Below are positions 17,072-25,110 of a DNA stretch of 32,000 nt, piece by piece; within the stretch, counting starts at the first letter, position 1; each line of letters begins with the position of its first letter. Under the pieces are notes generated by a model, which made no database searches, was not told the origin of the DNA, and was given only the letters and a program-made list of their open reading frames with translations. Location of the stretch: positions 150,001-182,000 of the forward strand of contig NZ_LN885086.1 in NCBI RefSeq assembly GCF_001458695.1, in the 5' to 3' direction. This DNA comes from Candidatus Nitrospira inopinata (GTDB lineage: Bacteria; Nitrospirota; Nitrospiria; Nitrospirales; Nitrospiraceae). The translations under genes and the position numbers were made by a program.

Positions 17072-18706
17072 ATGTTAGCATTCAATCGGTTTGCGCCTCC
17101 TGCACGTTTCAGACTGGCGGTCAAAAGGAACCTCCCGTTGGCTCAGACTGAATCCTCCTGTCCCTCACATCAAGAAGCCGAGACGGCGCTGAACCGTTGC
17201 CTTGCCATTGGCCGGTATCTGCGCGATGCCGGACTCTTCACGCCATTTCTCGACCATGATCCACCGGTCTCACCCCAAGCGGCGTCCTGGCGCATCAGTC
17301 CCCGGCCGTTTGTGTTGTCCGCCGACCACATGGCATTTTTCAAAGCCCTGGGGCCGCAGTTGTTTTCGTTCTATCGGGCGTTGAACCGCCTGTACCACGA
17401 AAGCGCCAAGGGAACTCAACCGGCCTGGATCGCCAGGTACCTGGATCAAGGCAAGCCGGACGGCTTGGTCGCTTACAGCCGCATGAAACGGTTCCGGGAA
17501 TCGTTGCCGACCGTCATTCGGCCCGACGTCATTCCCACGCAGGACGGCATGATCATCACGGAACTGGATTCGGTGCCTGGCGGCATCGGCCTGACCGCCG
17601 CGATGAGTCACGCCTACACCGATCATGATCGTGAACACACCGCGTTCAACGCGACTCCCCGATATGAACTGATCGGAGGCGGGGACGGAATGGTGCGCGG
17701 GTTCGCCGCGATGCTGCGGGCGGCCCAACGACAGAACGGCTGCATCGCCATTGTCGTCTCCGACGAAGCGAAGGACTACCGGCCGGAAATGGCCTGGTTG
17801 GCGATCGAGCTCAGACAACAGGGCGTGCCCGTTTGGTGCGTCGAACCGCGGGAGCTTCGTTTTACCGAGGGAGAACTTCGTCTCCATACCGACGAGGGCG
17901 AGCAACGTGTCGGTCTCATCTACCGATTTTACGAACTGTTCGATCTGCCCAACATCCCCAAAGCCGAACTGATCCAGTACGCGGCCAAGAAAGAGTGGGT
18001 GGCGATCACGCCTCCCTACAAACCGGCGCTGGAGGAGAAATCGGCCTTCGCGCTCCTTCATCACCCCGTGCTAAGATCCTATTGGGACAAGCAGCTTGGC
18101 GCCGACTGTTTTCTTCACCTCAGGACCGTTATGCCGAGAACCTGGATCCTTGACCCGGCGCCGATTCCTCCGACCGCCGTCATTGCGGATCTCTACGTGG
18201 GGGAACGCCCCGTTTCCGATTGGACGGATCTCGAGGCAGCCACTCAAAAGGAGCGCCACTTTGTGATCAAGCCGTCGGGCTTTTCGGAACTGGCCTGGGG
18301 AAGCCGAGGGGTATCGATCGGACACGACCTCTCTCAGACGGAGTGGGCCGGCACCCTTCGCCGAGCCCTCGCCTCTTTTCCGACGACTCCCCACGTGTTG
18401 CAGGAATTCCACAAGGGACGTCTGTTCGAAATGGACTATCTGGACGAGCGAACCGGATCAATGGCTCGTATGGCCGGGCGGGCTCGGTTGTCGCCGTACT
18501 ATTTCGTGACTGGCGAAGAGGTCCGGTTGGCTGGTATCCTGGCGACGATCTGTCCGGCCGATAAAAAGATCATCCACGGGATGCAGGACGCGGTGATGAC
18601 GCCCTGCGCCCTCGTCGACGACGCCGCTTCAGTGAACGGCGAAGACGCGCGACGCACGACGACGGATGGTCGGACCGGCTCCCCGGACAGAGGACGCCGC
18701 GCGTAA
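17072..18706 (+). CDS. Uncharacterised ATP-grasp-like ligase (glutathionylspermidine-synthase / circularly permuted ATP-grasp-like)
   Basis: ~545 aa. ...VIRPDVIPTQDGMIITELDSVPGGIGLTAAM..., then RHFVIKPSGFSELAWGSRGVSIG...HVLQEFHKG...ARLSPYYFV...KKIIHGMQDAVMTPCA, which follows the ATP-grasp strand/loop pattern. Family assignment is by eye only. The track ORF starts at TTG 17063; ATG 17072 is preferred. Confidence 0.45.
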   Translation: MLAFNRFAPPARFRLAVKRNLPLAQTESSCPSHQEAETALNRCLAIGRYLRDAGLFTPFLDHDPPVSPQAASWRISPRPFVLSADHMAFFKALGPQLFSFYRALNRLYHESAKGTQPAWIARYLDQGKPDGLVAYSRMKRFRESLPTVIRPDVIPTQDGMIITELDSVPGGIGLTAAMSHAYTDHDREHTAFNATPRYELIGGGDGMVRGFAAMLRAAQRQNGCIAIVVSDEAKDYRPEMAWLAIELRQQGVPVWCVEPRELRFTEGELRLHTDEGEQRVGLIYRFYELFDLPNIPKAELIQYAAKKEWVAITPPYKPALEEKSAFALLHHPVLRSYWDKQLGADCFLHLRTVMPRTWILDPAPIPPTAVIADLYVGERPVSDWTDLEAATQKERHFVIKPSGFSELAWGSRGVSIGHDLSQTEWAGTLRRALASFPTTPHVLQEFHKGRLFEMDYLDERTGSMARMAGRARLSPYYFVTGEEVRLAGILATICPADKKIIHGMQDAVMTPCALVDDAASVNGEDARRTTTDGRTGSPDRGRRA

Positions 18707-18713
18707 ACTTGGC

Positions 18714-19049
18714 ATGCCCATCACGCTGTACCACGTAGATTGGTGTCCCGACTGTCTCGTCGTCCGCCGCAAACTGGCCGACTTGGCGCTCGACTACCAT
18801 GCCGTGACCGTCCCGGACATCAGGCGACTGCGGACGCAAGTCCACCAAGTGTCGGGCCAATACTACGTGCCGGTTCTCCAAGACGGAGACCTCGTCCTGA
18901 CGGAGACCGCCGACATCCTGGCCTACCTGGATGAACGGTACGGGTCCGCCGGGACGAACGACGAGACCGAGCAATTCCGGTCGCAGGCGAGAACGACGCC
19001 GGAGTCGCCGGAAGCCGGCGACGACTACCCCTCTTGCCGAATCAACTGA
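18714..19049 (+). CDS. Glutaredoxin-like / GST-N-terminal thioredoxin-fold protein (CPDC active site)
   Basis: MPITLYHVDWCPDCLVVRRKLADLALDYHAVTV...YYVPVLQDGDLVLTETADILAYLDERYG. The CxxC is at 18744-18755. It starts 7 nt after the preceding stop. Confidence 0.7.
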   Translation: MPITLYHVDWCPDCLVVRRKLADLALDYHAVTVPDIRRLRTQVHQVSGQYYVPVLQDGDLVLTETADILAYLDERYGSAGTNDETEQFRSQARTTPESPEAGDDYPSCRIN

Positions 19050-19069
19050 TTCCAACCAAAGGCCGAGTC

Positions 19070-20263
19070 ATGGAAGACTGGAGAACAATCCTGGCACAGA
19101 GCATCGTCAAACCCAAAGACCTTGCGGATCGTTTCGGTCTGGACGCGGAGGAGATCGAAGCCATCGTCGGCCCCTACCCGATGCGGATCACGCCGACTGT
19201 GTTGAGCACGATCAAAGCCAAGGACGACCCGATCTGGAAGCAAGTCGTCCCCGACCCTGCCGAACTGGCCGATCTCGACGCGGAAGCCGACCCGCTGGAA
19301 GAAGACCTCATGAGTCCGGTGCCGCACCTGGTCCATCGGTACCCGGACCGGGTGTTGCTCATGGTCACGAATCAATGTCCCATCTACTGCCGGTTCTGCA
19401 CGAGAAAACGGCTGGTCGGCAAGCCGGGCTTTCTCAAGAAGGGAGAATTGGAGCGGGCCGTCGCCTACCTGCGGGAGCACACGGAAGTGCGGGACGTGAT
19501 TCTGTCGGGCGGCGATCCCTTGCTGCTCCCTGACCATTTGCTCGAACGGGTGCTGAAAGCGCTCCGCTCCATTCCGCATCTGGAATTGATCCGCATCGGC
19601 ACCAGGGTCCCCGGCACCCTGCCGCAACGGATCACGCACAAGCTCTGCGAAACGATCAAAAAATACCACCCGATCTACATGAACCTGCACTTCAACCATC
19701 CCGACGAACTGACGCCCGACGTCAAGGCCGCCTGCGGCATGTTGGCCGACGCGGGCGTGCCGCTCGGCGCGCAAACCGTCTTATTGAAAGGCGTCAACGA
19801 CGATCCGGATGTCATGAAGCGACTGGTGCATCAACTGCTGCTCGCGCGGGTGAAGCCGTATTACCTCTATCAAGCGGATCTGACGAAAGGCACCAACCAT
19901 TTTCGGACGACGGTCGAGACGGGCCTGAACATCATCAAATCGCTCCAAGGCCATACCAGCGGCATGGCGGTCCCCCACTTCGTCATCGACGCACCCGGGG
20001 GCGGCGGCAAAATCCCGTTGCTGCCCGGCGATTATTTGGTTCATCTCGACGAAGACGGAGTCGTCTTGCGCAATTACGAGAACAAGACCTACCATTATCC
20101 GCAACCGAGGACCGACGGTGGTCGGGAATTGCCCATGGTCGGCGCCCTGTCCTCGCGGGAGGGGCCGTCCGGCTCCTTCTCGCCGTGCGGAGACGGGCTC
20201 TCGGATTCCGACGGCTTCGCGGCCTGGGGCAACGGCTGCGCCGGAGACAGGGACGACCTGTGA
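19070..20263 (+). CDS. kamA: KamA-family radical SAM aminomutase (lysine 2,3-aminomutase-like)
   Basis: HRYPDRVLLMVTNQCPIYCRFCTRKRLVG (CxxxCxxC at 19376-19399), VILSGGDPLLL, RIGTRVP, NLHFNHPDE, PLGAQTVLLKGVNDD, YYLYQADL..GTNHFR, PHFVIDAPGGGGKIP. A ~55-aa low-complexity C-terminal tail follows. Confidence 0.85.
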   Translation: MEDWRTILAQSIVKPKDLADRFGLDAEEIEAIVGPYPMRITPTVLSTIKAKDDPIWKQVVPDPAELADLDAEADPLEEDLMSPVPHLVHRYPDRVLLMVTNQCPIYCRFCTRKRLVGKPGFLKKGELERAVAYLREHTEVRDVILSGGDPLLLPDHLLERVLKALRSIPHLELIRIGTRVPGTLPQRITHKLCETIKKYHPIYMNLHFNHPDELTPDVKAACGMLADAGVPLGAQTVLLKGVNDDPDVMKRLVHQLLLARVKPYYLYQADLTKGTNHFRTTVETGLNIIKSLQGHTSGMAVPHFVIDAPGGGGKIPLLPGDYLVHLDEDGVVLRNYENKTYHYPQPRTDGGRELPMVGALSSREGPSGSFSPCGDGLSDSDGFAAWGNGCAGDRDDL

Positions 20264-21417
20264 TCACCTCCTTGCCCCATGCCGGTATCCTCCCATCCCA
20301 GGACATCAGGCGGCTGATCGCCGGGCAGGCCATTGTCGCGTCTCCGGCGATCGAAGATCGCCAGATTCAGCCGGCGAGTCTCGATCTGCGTCTGGGGCGA
20401 AAAGCTTATCGGCTCATCAGCAGCTTTCTGCCGGAGCTGTCGGCCATCTCGTCACGTCTGGACGTGCTCGATTTTTATCAGTCCGACTTGGTGATGTACG
20501 AGATGGATTTGACGGAGGGCGCCATCCTGGAAAAGGGCCACGTCTATTTGGTGCCGCTGTTGGAGCGCCTGAACCTTCCGAAGACCGTCCACGCTCGGGC
20601 CAATCCCAAGAGCACGACCGGCCGGTTGGACGTCTTTACCCGCGTCGTCACGGATTTGACCTCCGGGTTCGACGAAATCCGTTCGGGCTATCAAGGCCCG
20701 CTCTTTTTGGAAGTGGTGCCCCGTTCGTTCGCGATCAAGGTTTCGACGGGCCAGTCGCTGAATCAGATTCGCTTCATCCGCGGAGACGCGACGGTTTCCG
20801 ACAGGGCGCTGCGTTCGCTCCATCGGCGGACCTCGCTCCTCCATCACAACGATGCGTCCCGATCCGTCGTGGAAACCAGCGACGTTCGCACCGACCACGG
20901 CCTGTTTCTCCGCATCGACCTCAAGGGCGAGGACCGGTCCGACGCCCGGATCATCGGGTACCGCGCGAAGAAAAACAGCCACGTCATCGATCTCGCCAAA
21001 GTCGGCCATTACGCGGCGACGGATTTTTGGGAGCCGCTCCGCCGACATCGGCAGGGCAGTTTGCTGCTGGAGCCGGAAGAGTTTTACATCCTCGCCTCGA
21101 AGGAACGGATCCGCGTCCCGGCCGGCTACGCGGCCGAAATGGTCGCCTACGAAGCGGCCTGCGGCGAGCTGCGCACCCACTACGCGGGATTCTTCGATCC
21201 GGGGTTCGGCTACGGAGGAAAGGGAGAGATCAAAGGAACCCAGGTCGTTTTGGAAGTCCGGCCTCACGACGTGCCCTTCCTCATTCACGACGGGCAAACG
21301 TTTTTCAAAGTCATCTATCACCGCATGGCCGACAAGCCGGATCGTCTGTACGGAGTGGGCCTCGGTTCCTCCTATCAACAACAGACGCTCACGTTGAGCA
21401 AACATTTCAAGGCCTAG
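20260..21417 (+). CDS. Long-form 2'-deoxycytidine 5'-triphosphate deaminase-like protein (PF06559-type, tandem dUTPase/Dcd beta-barrel halves)
   Basis: GTG 20260 overlaps the KamA stop (GTGA). ITSLPHAGILPSQDIRRLI...IQPASLDLRLG. There are two Dcd-like halves, FDEIRSGYQGPLFLEVVPRSF...LNQIRF and FDPGFGYGGKGEIKGTQVVLEVRPHDVPF...FFKVIY. The upstream 25 codons of the track ORF are probably not translated. Confidence 0.7.
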   Translation: MITSLPHAGILPSQDIRRLIAGQAIVASPAIEDRQIQPASLDLRLGRKAYRLISSFLPELSAISSRLDVLDFYQSDLVMYEMDLTEGAILEKGHVYLVPLLERLNLPKTVHARANPKSTTGRLDVFTRVVTDLTSGFDEIRSGYQGPLFLEVVPRSFAIKVSTGQSLNQIRFIRGDATVSDRALRSLHRRTSLLHHNDASRSVVETSDVRTDHGLFLRIDLKGEDRSDARIIGYRAKKNSHVIDLAKVGHYAATDFWEPLRRHRQGSLLLEPEEFYILASKERIRVPAGYAAEMVAYEAACGELRTHYAGFFDPGFGYGGKGEIKGTQVVLEVRPHDVPFLIHDGQTFFKVIYHRMADKPDRLYGVGLGSSYQQQTLTLSKHFKA

Positions 21418-21420
21418 CCC

Positions 21421-21831
21421 ATGACACAGTCCGATCCGCAACCGCCCGAAGAGAAAGAGCCGCAGCCGCTCGGCCGGTCGACCGGATCGGAGCAGGAAGG
21501 CGGCGATCAGCACATGAGAGTGCTGGGCAAGATGGTCGGCACGGCCTTCATGTTTCTCGGGTTTCTGCAAGTCTTTCTCTCGATCAGCGGCGGATTCGAG
21601 TTGAGCGGCGTCGTGGCCATGCTGTTGTATTTTTGCGGGCTGGCCATCTGGTCCAACGCGGTCATCGAACAGCCCTTGCTTCGATGGATCGTCACGGTCG
21701 GCGCGATCGGCGTGGCCGTCGGGTTTCTGCAGTTCGGGGAGATTCTTTTTTGGCACAAGCAGGTGGTGTTTTGGGGCACCGCCGTCCTCGTGCTCTACTT
21801 CATGTTCAACGAGCCCAAAAAACAGGCCTAA
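21421..21831 (+). CDS. Small integral membrane protein, hypothetical
   Basis: 136 aa. A hydrophilic Pro/Glu-rich N-terminus is followed by ~4 hydrophobic helices (MVGTAFMFLGFLQVFLSI, VVAMLLYFCGLAIW, IVTVGAIGVAVGFLQF, VVFWGTAVLVLYFMF). It starts 3 nt after the Dcd-like stop. An alternative start is ATG 21514. Confidence 0.5.
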   Translation: MTQSDPQPPEEKEPQPLGRSTGSEQEGGDQHMRVLGKMVGTAFMFLGFLQVFLSISGGFELSGVVAMLLYFCGLAIWSNAVIEQPLLRWIVTVGAIGVAVGFLQFGEILFWHKQVVFWGTAVLVLYFMFNEPKKQA

Positions 21832-21918
21832 CCGTCGAACAGGCTTGACCGATTATCGGATCGACCGTCACGCTTCACACCGCCGGCACCGGCCCGGCGA
21901 TCCTTACGCCATGGCGCC

Positions 21919-22611
21919 ATGATCGTTTCCGTCATCATCCCCACGTTGAACGAACAGGCAGTCCTGGCCGAGACCCTTGCCCACACGGGTGAGCTGGGTT
22001 TTGACGAGATCGTGGTCGTGGATGGAGGCAGTGTGGATGAGACCGTCGCGATCGCTCAAACCCTTTGCCCCGACCTGACCGGCGCACGGGTGATCACAGC
22101 CCCCCAAGGGCGGGCTCGCCAAATGAATGAAGGAGCCAAGGCCTGCCGCGGTGAAGGGCTGCTTTTTCTGCACGCCGACACGCGCTTGCCGCCGGACGCC
22201 AAAGGACTCATCATCTCGGCTCTGGCCGATTCCGGCGTCGCCGGAGGACGCTTCGATGTCCGATTCGACAGCCCTTCGCCGTGGGCGGGAATGATCAGCA
22301 CCCTGATGAATCTCCGCTCGCGATGGACCGGCATCGCCACCGGTGATCAAGCCATCTTCGTTCGCCGTCGGGTGTTCGAGGGCCTCGGCGGCTTTTCCGA
22401 CATTCCGCTTATGGAAGACATCGAGTTCAGCAAACGACTCAAACGAGCCGGTCGAATCGCCAGGCTGCGGCAGACCGTCACCACATCCTTTCGACGGTGG
22501 GAACGACAGGGTCCGCTCCGAACCATCACATTGATGTGGACCTTGCGATTGTTGTATTGGCTTGGTGTGAGTCCCCATCGGTTGAAAAACTTCTACGCGG
22601 TCGTCCGATGA
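21919..22611 (+). CDS. Family-2 glycosyltransferase-like protein of the TIGR04283 type ('transferase 2, rSAM/selenodomain-associated')
   Basis: MIVSVIIPTLNEQ...EIVVVDGGSVDET...GRARQMNEGA...LLFLHADTRLP...GGRFDVRF...TGDQAIFVRRRVFEGLGGF.DIPLMEDIEFSKRL...TSFRRW. Recognised from memory of this family's conserved pattern. Confidence 0.7.
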   Translation: MIVSVIIPTLNEQAVLAETLAHTGELGFDEIVVVDGGSVDETVAIAQTLCPDLTGARVITAPQGRARQMNEGAKACRGEGLLFLHADTRLPPDAKGLIISALADSGVAGGRFDVRFDSPSPWAGMISTLMNLRSRWTGIATGDQAIFVRRRVFEGLGGFSDIPLMEDIEFSKRLKRAGRIARLRQTVTTSFRRWERQGPLRTITLMWTLRLLYWLGVSPHRLKNFYAVVR

Positions 22612-23381
22612 AACCACCGGCTTCACGCTCAGCTCCGTCCCGCCACACCGCCGCGCTGGTCGTTTTCGCCAAAGCGCCGATCCCCGGCCAGGTCAAAACG
22701 CGGCTCTGTCCTGCCCTGATGCCTGACGAAGCGGCCACGCTCCACGGGAGCTTTGTCCTCGACACAGTGGAGCGTACGAAGGCCGCAGTCGGCCGATTCA
22801 ATCTGCCGGTCGATCGGTTCCTCGCCTGCGCTCCCTTTTCAACTCACCCTTTTTTTAAGGTCCTGGAGGCTCGACACGGAGTCCGGCTCATCGATCAAGA
22901 GGGAGACGATCTCGGACAGCGAATGGCCGGTGTGTTCGATCGGCTCTTTGCGCAAGGGTACCGATCCATGGTCCTCGTCGGCACCGATGTCCCGTCGCTG
23001 CCGCTCGAAGAATATCGACGGGCCTTCGGCCTGTTGGAATCGCATGATCTTGTATTGGGCCCGGCTCTGGACGGAGGGTATTATTTGCTGGGGCTCACCA
23101 GACCGGCACCGGCTCTCTTCACCGACATTCCCTGGTCTACCGGTGACGTGCGAAGGAGAACGGAGGAGAAGGCTCGTTCCTTGGGACTGACCATCGTCCT
23201 GACGGCTCCCTGGCGTGACGTTGATACGATCGAGGATCTCACGGCCTTGATCGATGCCAATAGGCTCGACGCCGCCAAGCCTAAACCGGAGCGGGTCTTT
23301 TCGAGCCGGACGACCGGGGCGTTGCAATTGATCGCCGAACGGCTGCGCGTCAGGGCCGCACGGCAATCGTCATGCCCTTAG
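22608..23381 (+). CDS. DUF2064 / TIGR04282-type nucleotidyltransferase-fold protein ('transferase 1, rSAM/selenodomain-associated')
   Basis: ATGA overlap with the preceding stop. ALVVFAKAPIPGQVKTRLCPAL.PDEAA.L...GDDLGQRM...VLVGTDVPSLP...VLGPALDGGYYLLGL...IPWSTGDV...DVDTIEDL. Confidence 0.7.
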   Translation: MKPPASRSAPSRHTAALVVFAKAPIPGQVKTRLCPALMPDEAATLHGSFVLDTVERTKAAVGRFNLPVDRFLACAPFSTHPFFKVLEARHGVRLIDQEGDDLGQRMAGVFDRLFAQGYRSMVLVGTDVPSLPLEEYRRAFGLLESHDLVLGPALDGGYYLLGLTRPAPALFTDIPWSTGDVRRRTEEKARSLGLTIVLTAPWRDVDTIEDLTALIDANRLDAAKPKPERVFSSRTTGALQLIAERLRVRAARQSSCP

Positions 23382-23394
23382 CGAGAGGACTATC

Positions 23395-24129
23395 ATGAAC
23401 CAGCACGTTGCGCTCATCACGGGCGGGGCCAAAGGCATCGGCCGAGCCATCGCCCTCGACTTGGCCGCCAGAGGATGGAAGATTGCTTTTTGCTATCGCA
23501 CCAGCGAAGCCGAGGCCCAGGCCACCGCGTCTGCCATTAGGGAGCGGGGTGGCTTGTCCCTGCCGATCCAATGCGATGTGTCGGACCCGGCCTCGGCCAA
23601 GCGGCTGGCGGCGCAAGTCGAAGAGACATGGGGAAGAATCGATGCGTTGATCAACGGCGCCGGCCCGTACCATCGAATCAATCTGTTCGAGGAAACCGTG
23701 GATGGCTGGAACGAGATGTTCGACGGAAACCTCCATCCCATTTTTTACCTGGCCCAGGCCGTGGCGCCCGGCATGAAGGCACGCAAGAGCGGCCGCATCA
23801 TCAATTTCAGCATGGCCAACGCGGACCAGATGGTGGCGCAACCGGACGTGACCGCCCATTATATCGCCAAGGCCGGCGTGCTCATCTTGACCCGCACCCT
23901 GGCCAAACTGCTGGCGCCGCATGGGATTACAGTCAACGCCGTCTCGCCCGGCTTCATCGACTCCGGGAGCGCGCCGCCGTCGGAACTGGCCGCCGTGGTC
24001 AAGCGCATTCCAGCCGGCTACATCGGCACGGTGGATGACGTGGTCGCCGTCGTGCGATACCTGTTGAGCGACGAAGCGCGATACGTCAACGGAGCGAACG
24101 TTCAGATCAGCGGCGCATGGGGCGTCTAG
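23395..24129 (+). CDS. SDR family oxidoreductase (FabG-like)
   Basis: ALITGGAKGIGRAI (TGxxxGxG), NGAG, YIAKAG (YxxxK), VNAVSPGFI. A GAGAGGA Shine-Dalgarno lies upstream. Confidence 0.85.
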   Translation: MNQHVALITGGAKGIGRAIALDLAARGWKIAFCYRTSEAEAQATASAIRERGGLSLPIQCDVSDPASAKRLAAQVEETWGRIDALINGAGPYHRINLFEETVDGWNEMFDGNLHPIFYLAQAVAPGMKARKSGRIINFSMANADQMVAQPDVTAHYIAKAGVLILTRTLAKLLAPHGITVNAVSPGFIDSGSAPPSELAAVVKRIPAGYIGTVDDVVAVVRYLLSDEARYVNGANVQISGAWGV

Positions 24130-24210
24130 AACAACGCCGGCAAGCGAGAACGATCGGCTTGTCTTGGCATGGGAACATACGATGAGGGCGGTGTGTTTGC
24201 CGGCGACTTC

Positions 24211-25110
24211 TCAATGCCCTCCCACTTTCTTTTCGAGCACGTGTTGCCACATGAACCCGATTTGAAAGGCATAGAGCGCCATCGTGAGCGACAACCCTCC
24301 TCCGTCCTGCTGAGCGTACATCGGCCCCCAGAAGGCGGAAAAGGCGATCGGCGAGACCAGAAACGGCCTGAACAGTTTGTTCCAGGTCGGCCACCGTCCC
24401 TGTTCCCCTCCGGTCTCGTCCCAGATGGCCTTCGCCACCATGCCGCCCAACATGACGACGAAGAGCACGACGGCCGAAATCGTCGAGTAATTCACCGCCC
24501 AGCCGACCAGCGGCAGCTCAACGAGATAGTCGAGATTCGCCGCAGCCCGAGGTCTGGGAAGGGGAAGAGCGACATCGTCAGGACCGGCGTCGGACGGTGG
24601 GAGCGAGTCTCCCTGAGCCCATGCCGAGGATACAAAGAACGATGCCAAGACGGATAGAAGCTCATCGTCCGACGGCTTGACGGCGGACATTTTGGGCGCC
24701 GTGTCTCCTCCGATGTAGTTGCCTTCATCCTTGTCTTTGGTTCCCGCCCATACCCAGCCGGTGCGCAGTTGCTTGGTCGAGTCAAGGTATCGAATCCAAT
24801 ACCAGACTTGGATCACACCGACTTCTTCGCGCTTGAGAACGTGGAGGCAGGTCCTCGGCGGAAGAATCCCCTGGACTTCGCCGAGAACCCACTGCCCGCG
24901 AACGAAAGAGTACTCCGGCGCCTTGGTCCGCACATAGACCGAGGTGAGGGTATAGGCCCGCGGGGTGAAGTTGGCCTGCGGATTGTCCAGCTTGGCGCAA
25001 TCCGGCACGACTGCTTCAGGTCTCGCGGCCCGCACCGAGTCGGCAAGCAACAGGGCCAAACTCAGGAACAGACAGCCCACGAGCCCCCATTGTTTCCCTT
25101 TTCGCCTCAT
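24211..25110 (-). CDS. Hypothetical exported protein: signal peptide, SH3-like beta domain, ~3 C-terminal TM helices
   Basis: AAGGAGG Shine-Dalgarno before ATG 25110. MRRKGKQWGLVGCLFLSLALLLADSVRA. The segment VYVRTKAPEYSFVRGQWVLGEV...VWYWIRYLD...GWVWAG resembles bacterial SH3. Hydrophobic helices are present at the C-terminus. Confidence 0.5.
   Translation of the reverse strand: MRRKGKQWGLVGCLFLSLALLLADSVRAARPEAVVPDCAKLDNPQANFTPRAYTLTSVYVRTKAPEYSFVRGQWVLGEVQGILPPRTCLHVLKREEVGVIQVWYWIRYLDSTKQLRTGWVWAGTKDKDEGNYIGGDTAPKMSAVKPSDDELLSVLASFFVSSAWAQGDSLPPSDAGPDDVALPLPRPRAAANLDYLVELPLVGWAVNYSTISAVVLFVVMLGGMVAKAIWDETGGEQGRWPTWNKLFRPFLVSPIAFSAFWGPMYAQQDGGGLSLTMALYAFQIGFMWQHVLEKKVGGH

Noticed and set aside
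20118-21848. 576-aa plus-strand ORF overlapping the Dcd-like gene in another frame, and the 434-aa antisense ORF 20452..21756
   Set aside because: Both are Arg/Pro/Gly-rich and featureless. The 20260..21417 frame has clear Dcd/dUTPase-fold motifs and is coupled to KamA. These are off-frame and antisense shadows.
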